Source: Octopus sinensis
Taxonomy: Eukaryota
DNA length: 64,000 nucleotides
Reading direction: 5' to 3'
Assembly (NCBI RefSeq): GCF_006345805.1
Contig: NC_043006.1
Span: forward strand, 434,001 to 498,000
Shown here: positions 13,248 through 24,383 of the stretch, one piece after another
Numbering within the stretch: the stretch's first letter is position 1
Layout of the letters: the number at the start of each line of letters is the position of its first letter
Notes under the pieces: generated by a model
Database searches by the model: none
The model's input: only the letters and a program-made list of their open reading frames with translations
Told to the model about the DNA's origin: nothing
Position numbers and translations under genes: made by a program

Positions 13248-13930
13248 GGACGATACAACCTCGAGACAACGAATAAGTAAAGAAAATCTCTTTATTACAA
13301 AATACAAGCCACTTCTTAACGGGTCTACGACAAACAATTAATATACCTCAACTTTATAATAAAAGAAATATATGCACACACAAATATTACACTCCATAGA
13401 ATCCATTACTAATCAGCCCCATCACAGCTATACTTTCACCCATTCATATTCTCCCTTCTCTGTTTTTTTCTTCTTCTTCTTCTTCTTCATCATCATCATC
13501 ATCGTCATCATCATCACCACCATCATCACCATCATCTTCTCCTTCTTCTTCTTCTTCTTCTTCTTCATCGTCATCTTCTTCTTCTTCTTCTTCTACTTCT
13601 CCACCTTCCACCCCTTAACCTTGTCACTAATGTCTTTCAGTATAACGCCTACGCAAATTCCATAAACAATTCCTGAATTGAACTGCGACTACTGTCAGCC
13701 ACTGACCATTCAAAATACGACCATCAAGGCATTCCCAGATTTCCCCACCCCCTCTCCACATCAGCCTCCTTATTCTTCACCTACCCTACCAAGAACTCAA
13801 AACGACCTCGAACACACAAGTGCAAACAAGGGAGTCAGAGAAAGGCAGAATGCTACTTATATCTGAACACTACTATAGAAATATTCTTTTAAAAAAACTT
13901 TTCTTCTAATTTTTCTAAATTTAATTATTT

Positions 13931-13983
13931 AATCGTTACAGTTGAAAAGGTCTCAAAATGACCGAAACCGGTACTGAAAGATT
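13931..13983 (+). ncRNA. Hammerhead motif with U3/A8 core (right pLTR arm)
   Basis: CAG-TTGAAAA-GGTC-TCAAAAT-GACC-GAAAC-CG-GTA^CTG. Stem I can extend (AATCGTTACAG/CTGAAAGATT). Predicted cleavage after 13973. Confidence 0.7.
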
Positions 13984-14067
13984 CACTATAAAATTATCTT
14001 AGCATTTTCTATTTTTGACTTGTTTTTTCATATATATATATATATACATACGCACACACACACACAC

Positions 14068-14151
<84 letters not shown>

Positions 14152-14156
<5 letters not shown>

Positions 14157-14770
14157 TCATCATCATCGTTTAACGTCCGTTCTCCATGCTAGCATGGGTT
14201 GGACGGTTCGACCGAGGATCTGGGAAGCCAGAAGGCTGCACCAGGCTCCAGTCTAATCTGGCAATGTTTCTACAACTGGATGCCCTTCCTAACGCCAACC
14301 ACTCCGTGAGTGTAGTGGTGCTTTTTACGTGCCACCTGCACAGGTGCCAGGCGAGGCTGGCAACGGCCACGGTCGGATGGGTGTATTTTACGTGCCAAGG
14401 CACGGGATCCAGTCAAGGTGGCGCTAGCATCGGCCACGAGTCGGATAGTGCTTTTTACGTACCACCAGATCAGGGATCCTGGCTGGTTCAATTCGGTTTC
14501 GATTTCGCTTGCCTCAACATGTCTTCGCAAGCAGGGGGGGTTGGCATGGGTGTCTGTCGTCGGATGAGGTTCTATATCGACTTCGCTTGCCTCAACAGGT
14601 CTTTGTGTCCAAGGGAGGAAAGGCATTCATAAGTGGGCTGGGCTCACTTGTCCTGCCTGTTCTTCTCACGTACAGAATATTTCCAAAGGTCTCGGTCACT
14701 GGTCATTTCCTCAGTGAGGCCTAAAGTTCGAAGGTCGTGCTTCACCACCTCGTCCCATACACCTCGTACA
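14152..14770 (-). mobile_element. RTE 3' end (ORF tail + UTR + (GAT)n), copy 1 of a 945-bp tandem duplication
   Basis: [32 protein letters not shown] and the same 3' UTR family as 2621-3240. Confidence 0.9.
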
Positions 14771-14776
14771 TACATA

Positions 14777-14807
<31 letters not shown>

Positions 14808-14893
14808 ACACACACACACATATATATATATATACATACACACTCATATATATATATAATACACACACACAATATATATATATATATATACAC

Positions 14894-14941
<48 letters not shown>

Positions 14942-14970
14942 CACACACACACATATATATATACACACAC

Positions 14971-15002
<32 letters not shown>

Positions 15003-15023
15003 CCACACACACACACACAACAC

Positions 15024-15054
<31 letters not shown>

Positions 15055-15066
15055 ACATACACACAC

Positions 15067-15098
<32 letters not shown>

Positions 15099-15099
<1 letters not shown>

Positions 15100-15712
15100 C
15101 ATCATCATCATCGTTTAACGTCCGTTCTCCATGCTAGCATGGGTTGGACGGTTCGACCGAGGATCTGGGAAGCCAGAAGGCTGCACCAGGCTCCAGTCTA
15201 ATCTGGCAATGTTTCTACAACTGGATGCCCTTCCTAACGCCAACCACTCCGTGAGTGTAGTGGGTGCTTTTTACGTGCCACCTGCACAGGTGCCAGGCGA
15301 GGCTGGCAACGGCCACGGTCGGATGGGTGTATTTTACGTGCCAAGGCACGGGATCCAGTCAAGGTGGCGCTAGCATCGGCCACGAGTCGGATAGTGCTTT
15401 TTACGTACCACCAGATCAGGGATCCTGGCTGGTTCAATTCGGTTTCGATTTCGCTTGCCTCAACATGTCTTCGCAAGCAGGGGGGGTTGGCATGGGTGTC
15501 TGTCGTCGGATGAGGTTCTATATCGACTTCGCTTGCCTCAACAGGTCTTTGTGTCCAAGGGAGGAAAGGCATTCATAAGTGGGCTGGGCTCACTGTCCTG
15601 CCTGTTCTTCTCACGTACAGAATATTTCCAAAGGTCTCGGTCACTGGTCATTTCCTCAGTGAGGCCTAAAGTTCGAAGGTCGTGCTTCACCACCTCGTCC
15701 CATACACCTCGT
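15099..15712 (-). mobile_element. RTE 3' end, copy 2 of the 945-bp tandem duplication
   Basis: Appears identical to 14152-14770 except two 1-bp indels. Confidence 0.9.
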
Positions 15713-15720
15713 ACATACAT

Positions 15721-15755
<35 letters not shown>

Positions 15756-15807
15756 CACACACACATATATATATATATACATACACACACACATATATAT
15801 ATAATAT

Positions 15808-15852
<45 letters not shown>

Positions 15853-15907
15853 TATATATATATATTATATATATATATATACATACACACACACACACAT
15901 TATATAT

Positions 15908-15984
<77 letters not shown>

Positions 15985-16075
15985 CACACACACATATATA
16001 TATATATATATACATACACACACATATATACACACACATATATACACACACACACATACACACACACACATATAT

Positions 16076-16106
<31 letters not shown>

Positions 16107-16111
<5 letters not shown>

Positions 16112-16355
16112 TTATTAGTGAATTGAAGAAATGGAGTTGAACGAAGATTGAACAGAATTCCTTTTATTGCATTCTACACATGTTTCAAAAGCCACAATTT
16201 TCCAAATTCTGATTAAATAAGGATCCCATATTATGGCTTTCTCTTCAGGAAAAAAATAGGAATTCCGTTGGCAGAACAAAACAGAACAGAGGAATTAAAA
16301 GGAATTCTGTTCAATCTTCGTTCAACTCCATTTCTTCAATTCACTAATAATACTA
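16107..16355. mobile_element. 249-bp fold-back mini-element, 60-bp inverted repeats, HHR in the spacer
   Basis: 16107-16166 is the reverse complement of 16296-16355. The left end abuts (TA)n. Confidence 0.85.
16172..16251 (-). ncRNA. Canonical-core type-I hammerhead motif
   Basis: TTC-CTGAAGA-G-AAAGCCA..TGGCTTT-T-GAAAC-ATGT-GTA^GAA. Confidence 0.78.
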
Positions 16356-16502
16356 AAATTCAATTATCCGCACCAACGCATGGTTGCAACACCAAAAGGT
16401 TTTATCTCCAACCGTGCTTTCTTCTGCCGTGATTTTTGCTACCAAGGTATCGGTTAAACTTTTGATTAATCTGCAACAAGATTATTCATCTTTCTATTTT
16501 AC

Positions 16503-16554
<52 letters not shown>

Positions 16555-16825
16555 TATATTTTCGGATCTCAGTTCTGTTGTGGTGGGCAGGTCTTCTTGA
16601 GTACAGCAATGTACCACATATCTCGGTTTCCTGTCATCTTTGTAAGACTCAATGTTTTGAGATTGGCCTTCAGTACTTTGTCACAAGTCTTCCTGGGTCT
16701 CCCTCTTGTACAACCTCTCTTCACTTTAAGTGATTGGTACTTCTTTATGCAACAGTCCCCCATCCATCCACATCACATGACCAAACCAGTGCGGTCTCCT
16801 CTGTGGCACATTACACATATATATA

Positions 16826-17083
16826 TATTGGGTCATCCCATTAATAATGCAGTTTTTTTATACTTCTTTCATTTTTCAAAATTAAGATAAAGTTTTTTTT
16901 TAATCTAAAATATACTCTCCTTCATTTTCTACAATGTTCTTCCATCTCTCTGGTAGACTTGCAAGGCCCCTCGTCCAAAATTCACTTGTCTGTGACATAA
17001 AATACTCCTGCAGTACTGTTCTGACCTCATCTACAGAATTCATATTTTTTCTGTCCAAATGATTTTGAAGACTGCAGAATAAA
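16826..17083 (-). mobile_element. Mariner transposase C-terminus plus TIR
   Basis: 16900-17082 minus = LFCSLQNHLDRKNMNSVDEVRTVLQEYFMSQTSEFWTRGLASLPERWKNIVENEGEYILD*. TA dinucleotide at 16826-16827 precedes TTGGGTCATCCC. Not in the ORF track. Confidence 0.85.
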
Positions 17084-17138
17084 TTTTAGTCAGATAGGAC
17101 AATGGGCGAATATGGTAGGTGGGGCATCATTTCCCATT

Positions 17139-17430
17139 CAGCAAAAAAATTTGCTTCACAACATACCGAAATTTAGAAATAGCAGCAAAAAAAAAAAAAC
17201 TAGCTATTTCTCTACCATAAGAAAATCTCCCAGATATGGTAGAGAAATAGCTAGTTTTTTTTGGTTGCTATTTCTAAATTTTGGTATGTGGTGAAGCAAA
17301 TTTTTTTGCTGGACCCTAATTATAATTATACTCATAATTATAAAAATTTTTGTTTAAGTTTACCGATAATAGTTCTTTTAACATGCCGAAACTACTTGGT
17401 GAAATTATTAATTATTAATTAATTATGTCT
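17139..17430. repeat. About 80-bp-arm hairpin plus AT-rich tail; repeat family also at about 38745-38900
   Basis: 17139-17219 / 17235-17311 are inverted with a 15-nt spacer. The downstream sequence aligns with 38775-38900, where most of the hairpin is missing. Confidence 0.7.
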
Positions 17431-17929
17431 GTTTTCTGTGCTTGCATAGATTAGACAATTTGACAGGAGCTCATAAGACTGGGAGTTGCATCAGGCTCCA
17501 TTGTCTGTTCTGGCATGGTTTCTACATCTGGATACCCTTCCTAGTGCCAGCCACTTTACAAAGTGTGTTGGGTACTTTTTGTGTGACACCAGCACCAGTA
17601 TTAGTTTTCCTGTGGTGGATGGGTCTTCATGGGTACAGTGAGGTGCCATGCATTTCAGTTCTTTGTCATCTCCTTTACCAGGCTCAGAGTCTTGAGATTG
17701 GCCTTCAGTACTTCATCCCCAGTCTTTCTGGATCTTCCTCTTCTTCAAGTTCCATCAGCTTTATGTGATCGACACTTTTATATGCAACTGTCTATGTTCA
17801 CCTGCATCACATGACCAAACCAGTGCAGTCTTCTCCCTTGCACACCTTGTACCTAATTCCTCTTAGGCTTAACTTCTCTCTAAATACATTAGTGCTCTTG
17901 TACACTGACATTGCACATCCAGCGGGGTT

Positions 17930-18207
17930 GTTTGTTCCTTCTTGAGCCATGCCTGGCTCATAGGGCTGGTTTGCTGGTTTCCTGGACGGGACGCCGGTCC
18001 GTCGCAGGTGAGCTGCAAGATGCAGGAGGAAAGAGTGAGAGAAAGTTGTGGTGAAAGAGTCAGCAGAAGTTTGCCATTACTTTCTGCCGGAGCCGCGTGG
18101 AGCTTAGGTGTTTTGCTCATAAACACACACATCACCCGGTATGAGATTCGAACCCGCAATCCCTTGACTGCAAGTCCACTGCTCTAACCACTAGGCCATG
18201 TGCCTCC
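17930..18207 (-). mobile_element. tRNA-derived SINE
   Basis: Minus head GGAGGCACATGGCCTAGTGGTTAGAGCAGTGGACT..GGGTTCGAATC (A/B boxes). Related to 33646 and 59800. Confidence 0.8.
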
Positions 18208-18824
18208 ACAATCCAGTGGGGTATACTTGCTTCATTGCTCTCTAGCATTTGCAGGTCTTCTACATTCAGGGCCCACATCCTACTACCATGTAGCTTTGCT
18301 GTTCTATATATATGCATCATACAGTCTTCATTTAACTTGGAGAGAAAGAGAGAGAGAGCTTCTGTGTGTATGCATGTGTGTGTGTATGTATGTGTACATT
18401 AGCCTTGACATCATGTGATAGTTGTAAATGAGTATTACCATTATACAAGTAATGTAATTTCTAGTCTTCCATAAAAAAAAAACACACACCTGACCACGGG
18501 GAAATATTTCCTTGCTTGGATACAGGTGACTGATGGGAACAGGAAGAGCATCCAGCCATAGAAAATATGCCTCAACAAATTCTGTCTTACTCATGCAAGC
18601 ATGGATAACTGGATATGTTTAAACGCTAATGATGATGAATTTTTTTAATTCTTTATCATCATCATCATCATCATCATTATGAGCATCAACACCTCTGTGT
18701 TTGTTATTCAATATTTGACTGGTTACGAGTTCTTTGTTTCTGTCAATATTCATTCCAGTCAAAGAATGTGCTATTTGATTGCGTTGACCCCCATTACTCA
18801 ACTGGTACTTATTTTAAAATTAGA

Positions 18825-21800
18825 CGAATGATTTCTGCTTTGAGTCGTGAAGTAACAGGACTCAGAACCAGTGTCTGTCCGAAAACTCGCAGCGAAGGGT
18901 CATATCGGAGTGCCCTGCTCAGTAACTTACCTGTAGCTCGTACAGAACCTCAACGCATCGAGGGAGTTGCTGAACCAGCCACTCATGAATTAATAGCCAT
19001 CGGAGTGCCGGAAGATGTGGCAGATCTGCAGGCATTCATTGGAATCACAGCTAGTGTCCCTCCAAAAAGTGCTTCCCGCCTTACCCGACCGGGATCCAAA
19101 CCCAGGCTGATCAGGCTGTTGTTTACGGGCTTTACTGAGGCGTGGACATTCCATCTGGCTGCTGACAGAGCTCGGTGTGACAACATTATCAACTTTAGAA
19201 CACGTCCTGGCCTACCACCCGATGTACGTCCAAAGCTAAGATCTGTGGCTTCCCTAAATCGCAACTCTGTGCCACGGGAGAGTTTTAGCCTCCGCGATGA
19301 TGGGCAGATCTGGAAATTTGTCAAGTCTGGTGAGTCGTGGATAAGGGATGCCAGTTGGACTGAGCAGACTACACCCACAACAGCAACTGGCAATACAAAA
19401 ATCTTGAGAAACTAACCAAGAACAATCAGCCATCCCCTGTATATCATCATCTGAAATCCAGATATAAACTGCTGTCCTTGAATGCCCGTAGTTTATGCAA
19501 CAAGGTGCATCTTTTTGTCTCCTACGTCAAAAGTATCAACCCAGATTTCATCACAGTCACGGAAACATGGGCGCACTCTGCACTCTGTGATGGAGTTTTC
19601 AGCATAGCCGGCTACAACCTGTTCCGCAAAGACCGCATTAATCGCCGTGGAGGGGGTGTGATGATTTATGTTCGATCAAGTCTATCGGCAATCCCCTGTG
19701 ATGATTTGAATCAATCTCAGCAGGAGGTACTTTTCTGCAATATACACATGACCATGTCAACACTTCTGCTCGGAGTCGTTTACCGTCCTCCAAATTATCA
19801 CCAAGACGCACAGCTTTTCGATATCCTCAGAGCTGCTGCCATGAAAACAGCCACATATGTGTATATTGCGGGGGACTTCAATTTCCCTGAGATTGACTGG
19901 GAGGCCTTCCATTGGCCGCAAAGTGCAGACGATTTCCTTGAACTGGTGCTGAATTCAAATTGGTCCCAAGTTGTTACCTCCCCCACAAGGGGTAACAACA
20001 CTTTGGATCTGCTACTTACCGCTTCTCCTGAAACAATCATTAGTGTCACTACCGAAGAACCTTTAGGTGACTCTGATCATTCCATGATCATGGCCGACTT
20101 GTCTCTGATTGGTTGTAACAAAAAACTCAACCATCTTCAGACTGCCCGCTTTGACTGGAATAAAGCAAACTGGAGCTCTTATTGTACTGAGCTGCAACGC
20201 CCAAACTGGCACGAATTTTATGCCTCTGGAGATGAGGACACTATACTCCAGAGCATTCTGAATTCAATATGGGCAGCATGTGCAGCATCAGTACCACGCA
20301 AGCACAAAAAACCACCCAATAGTGCAATTTGGGAGACTGCAGCAGTCCGACTTGCCAGGAAAGAACGCCGTAATGCTGAACGGGAATACAAATTGCACAA
20401 ATCAGAGAGCAACAGAAAAAAGCGCAATAGGTCAGCCAACCACCTCAAGCAGGTGACAAAAAAGGCAGTGCTTGAATTTGAACAATGCATTGCAGCTAAC
20501 CCTGACAGCAAAGTGTTCTGGAAGTATGTGCACTCAAAGCAGAGACCCCACTCTCCAGTTGGTCCCCTTCGCAATCCCCACACATGACAGATTACTGGCA
20601 ATTCCGAAGAATGTGCAGAAATCATTGCTGGATGCTATGCCGGCATCTTTACTGTCGAAGACCAAAATGTTCCATCTTCATCACCACTGACATCGGACTC
20701 TATATCTACTATGCAATTTACACCAGCAATGCTGCAACGCCACCTTAAGAATAAACGCAATTATGCCTCTCCTGGTCTCGATGGTGTTACATACCTACTT
20801 CTCAAACGCGGTGGGTACTTTCTTCTAAGCCAACTTTCTCTATTCTTCCAATTCTGTCTTGACAATGGTGTTACTCCAGAACAGTGGAAAACTGCCAGTG
20901 TCATCCCTCTGTTCAAAAAAGGCAACCGCACATCGCCTGTCAACTATCGCCCCGTCAGTCTTACTAGCTGCATCGCCAAACTGATGGAATCCTGTGTCAG
21001 AGAAACCCTCTGGAACTTCTGGAAGTCTCACAGCCTTATCCAGCCGTCACAATTTGGATTTATTCCTAACTCCAGCTGCTGTAATCAACTCATCGAGTTT
21101 CTTGAGGACGTTACCCAAATCACTGATCGCGGATCCTGGGTGGATGTTGTTTACCTTGACTTTGCTAAGGCTTTTAACTCTGTGCCACACAAAAGACTTA
21201 TGGTGAAACTTTCTGCGTTGGGTGTAAGAGACGAACTCTATAACTGGTTGAAGTCCTTTATTTTCAGCCGAAAAGAGGTTGTCACAGTTCTAGGACAGCA
21301 CTCTTCGCCCTATAAGATGACATCTGGTGTACCACAGGGATCTGTTCTAGGCCCCCTTTTATTTGTTGCATATGTTAATGACATAGATGCCAACTTAAAG
21401 AATGCCACAGTGCTGAAATCTGCAGATGACATCAAGCTGTACCTCGAAATAAAGAGGTCAAATCCTGTACACTATAGATCTCTATTGCAAGCAGACCTGG
21501 ACACAATGCAGCAGTGGATCATGGACTGGCAACTCAAGCTGGCTGTGGACAAATGTACCACCATGCATTTGGGGAGGAGAAACCCAGCGTCCACCTACTC
21601 CCTCCACAACACTAGTCTCAAAAAGTCTTCATGTGAACGTGACCTGGGTGTTATTGTCGACAGTGATTTGCGTTGGACAAAACACATCGCTAAAATTGTC
21701 AAGAAGGCTGAGGGTGTCTTGGCATCACTCACCAAATCCTTTGTGAGCCGCTCTCCGGCTATCTATCTGCGGCTTTATATAGCTATGGTAAGACCTCACC

Positions 21801-22390
21801 TGGAATTTGCATCACCGGTCTGGAACCCCTATCTTGCCCAGGATATCAATCGTCTGGAAGCTGTTCAGCGACGTGCAACCAAAAGAATACCCTCCATCAG
21901 GCATTTGCCATATCCTGAACGCCTTACTTCCCTGGGCATGGACACATTGAAACTCCGACGTTTGGCAGCTGACTTGGCAGACACCCATAAAATTATCAAC
22001 CATCGTACAAACAATAACTCTGAGCACCTTTTCAAACTCCACCCATCTAACACCTGTGGACATATTTACAAAGTAAGAAAACAGCACAGCTCCCATGACT
22101 TCAGGAAACATTTTTTCACGCTGAGGGTTGCTGAAGCATGGAACAAACTGCCGGCATCAGTTGTTAGTTGTCGGAGCACTGCATCCTTCAAAACTTCCAT
22201 GCTTCCTGAGATTCGCCAACACTACACTTGATTTTCTCCCCTCCATACACACACAAGCATGTATCTGACTCATACATTGTTCGCTTTCCAGACATTTTTA
22301 CATTACTGCATGTACTTTATATGCACTTTCTGACAAGTTGTGGTGCACCTGAGCACTGTATACAATTAATTTCATTATTATTATTATTAT
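18825..22390 (+). mobile_element. CR1-clade LINE with partial ORF1, near-intact ORF2 and (ATT)n tail
   Basis: APE (NARSLCNK, ITETW, GVVYRPP, AGDFNFP, TLDLL, SDH) and RT (NYRPVSLTS, YLDFAKAF, GVPQGSVLGP, SADD, RPHLEFASPVWNP). 3' UTR ends in ATTATT at about 22375-22390. Confidence 0.93.
19478..22231 (+). pseudogene. CR1 ORF2 (918 codons) interrupted by a single in-frame TGA at 20585-20587
   Basis: ORFs 19478..20587 and 20711..22231 share a frame, and the gap reads open (PHT*QITGNSEECAEII..STMQF). Confidence 0.88.
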
Positions 22391-22616
22391 CAACTTCAAA
22401 CAAAGGAAAGGTATATGTTAACTTGAACAACTCAGTATATAAAGGTAGAAATACTGAAAAATATTCCCTGTCCCCCTACCCCACTTCTCTCTCTCCCCCA
22501 CTTCTGCCAATCTATTAAGTATTGATTTCAAATTTTGGCACAAGGCCAGCAATTTGGGGGGAGGGGGTAAGTTGGTTACATTGACCTTATTACCCAATAG
22601 ATACTTATTTTATCAT

Positions 22617-23000
22617 AAGGTGGCGAGCTGGCAGAATTGTTAGCACGCCGGGCAAAATGCTTAGCCGTATTTCATCTGCCATACATTCCGAGTTCAAATT
22701 CCGCCGAGGTTGACTTTGCCTTTCATCCTTTCAGGGTCAATTAAATAATTACCAGTTATGCACTGGGGTCGATATAATCGACTTAATCCGTTTGTCTGTC
22801 CTGGTTTCTCCTCTCAGTGTTTAGCCCCTTGTGGGTAGTAAAGAAATAGGTACTTATTTTATCAACCCCAAAAAGATGAAAGGCAAAGTTGACTTAAGGA
22901 GGATTTGAACTCAGAACATAAAAATGGATGACATGTCACTAAGCATTTTGCCCAGCAAGCTGGCTGAATTGTTTCTGCCAACTTGCCGCCAACAATTCTT
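22617..23000. mobile_element. Two abutting, oppositely oriented copies of a tRNA-like SINE (GGCGAGCTGGCAGAA family)
   Basis: Plus copy about 22617-22850 with GAGTTCAAATTCC B-box. Minus copy about 22850-23000. Confidence 0.75.
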
Positions 23001-23250
23001 CAAATATTAATGATTTCTCATGTTGGCACAAGTTTATAATTCTATTGGTGGGAAAGTAAAAATCAGTTCAATGAACCCCAGTACAAAATTGGGACTCAGG
23101 CAAAAATCATCTCTCATAAGATTTGAACTCAGAACCTAATGGTTTATAACTAAATATTCATTTCAAATTTTGGCACTAAGCCATCAAGTTTGGTAGAGGG
23201 GATTACATTGACCTCCCCCTCAGTGTTCAAGGTGCTTTCTTCGACAATCT

Positions 23251-23459
23251 AATAATGATAATAATAATGATGATAATGAAATTATTGTATACAGTGCTCA
23301 GGTGCACCACAACTTCTCAAAAGTGCATATAAAGTATATGCAGTAATGTACAAATGTCTGGAAAGCGAACAGTGTATGAGTCAGGTACATACCTGTGTGT
23401 GCATGGAGGGGAGAAAATCAGGTGTAGTGTTGGCGAATCTCAGGAAGCATGGAAGTTTT
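23251..23459 (-). mobile_element. Inverted 3'-end fragment of the adjacent CR1 family
   Basis: Reverse complement aligns with 22190-22390. Confidence 0.88.
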
Positions 23460-23664
23460 TAATGATAATACTACCAACCTAATGCTTTTCTGTAAATCAT
23501 CGTCATCGTTTAATGTCCGCTTTCCATGCTAGCATGGGTTGGACGGTTCAACTGGGGTCTGGGAAGCCAGGGGGCTGTGCCAGGCCCAGTCTGATCTGGC
23601 AGTGTTTCAGACTGGGCCTGGCGCAGCTTCCTGGCTTCCCAGACCCATTAAAATATATTCATTA

Positions 23665-24062
23665 CTAGCAGTATCGTCCGGTGTTGCTTGGGTTTGTTTA
23701 CTTTTCGACCCTTTAGAATTGGAATTTTTGAAAAGTAAAAATTTTGCATTATGTAGCTTGTTATTCTCTTTAAGTGAACATTTTTTTCTGGTTGAAATAC
23801 ACCGCAAAATGGCGACACAGCAGTCAAAAAATCATAAAAAATAGGGATTTTCCTAGAAAAAATGCACCTTTTTGATATAAAAAGTTTTTAGTGTTAACAT
23901 GGTCCGATTTGAATTTTTTCTTCTACGGAATGAAGAGCAAGCCTTCTTCTATCATACTCTCAATTTTGGTCAACTTGCGCCACTGGGTCTCGGAGGAGAT
24001 AGTGTTAGTTGAAGGCTACCAAACCTGCCACACACAGACAACTTCAGCTTTATATATAAAGA
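23665..24062 (-). mobile_element. Non-autonomous Helitron (398 bp)
   Basis: Minus strand begins A|TCTTTATATATAAAG and ends with a CpG-decayed hairpin (CCCAAGCAACACCGGA) then CTAG|T. This fits the A/T target and TC..CTAG termini of Helitrons. Confidence 0.7.
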
Positions 24063-24115
24063 TCGTTGATGCCACAAGAACCTACAAACCTTTGGGAGAA
24101 CGTGGAATAATTATT

Positions 24116-24383
24116 GTTTGGAATAGTGAATCTCGAAGCTCAAATAAAATCACAAACTACAGTATGGATACATTGGGTTGGAAAAATCCTTTTGGAAAAA
24201 AAAACCCAGTTGAATGCTGTCCATGGGACTTGAATCTTCATCTCCTGTCATGTCTACAGGAGATGTGAGTTCAAGTTCTATGGGCAGCCTTTGACATTTT
24301 CCATCCAAAAGGGTTTTCCAACATAATGTTTACATGCTGTTGTTTATGGCTTTATGTGTGCTTCAAGATCCACTATTCCCAAA
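24116..24383. repeat. Old about 270-bp imperfect palindrome (fold-back/MITE-like)
   Basis: Centre TCTCCTGT-CATGTCT-ACAGGAGA. Outer matches GAATAGTG/CACTATTC and TTGGAAAAATCCTTTTGGA/TCCAAAAGGGTTTTCCAA. Confidence 0.7.

Larger units (their letters stand above)
10556..14037 (+). mobile_element. Penelope-like element (Neptune-type) with about 700-bp inverted pseudo-LTRs
   Basis: Left arm about 10556-11273 is the reverse complement of the right arm about 13337-14037; the same 62-aa ORF appears on opposite strands at 10727 and 13678. The interior encodes RT + GIY-YIG. Both ends lie in (TA)n. Confidence 0.92.

Noticed and set aside
6777-16126. Dozens of long ORFs rich in Y/I/C/V/H/T (also at 24515-25143, 37815-38373, 48508-51624)
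   Set aside because: They are translations of (TA)n/(CA)n/(CATA)n microsatellites, which lack stops in some frames. No domain content.
18768-18825. Start of the 215-aa ORF as the true CR1 ORF1 start
   Set aside because: The first about 60 nt match a SINE fragment (TTGACCCC..CAACTGGTACTTATTTT); the LINE is 5'-truncated.
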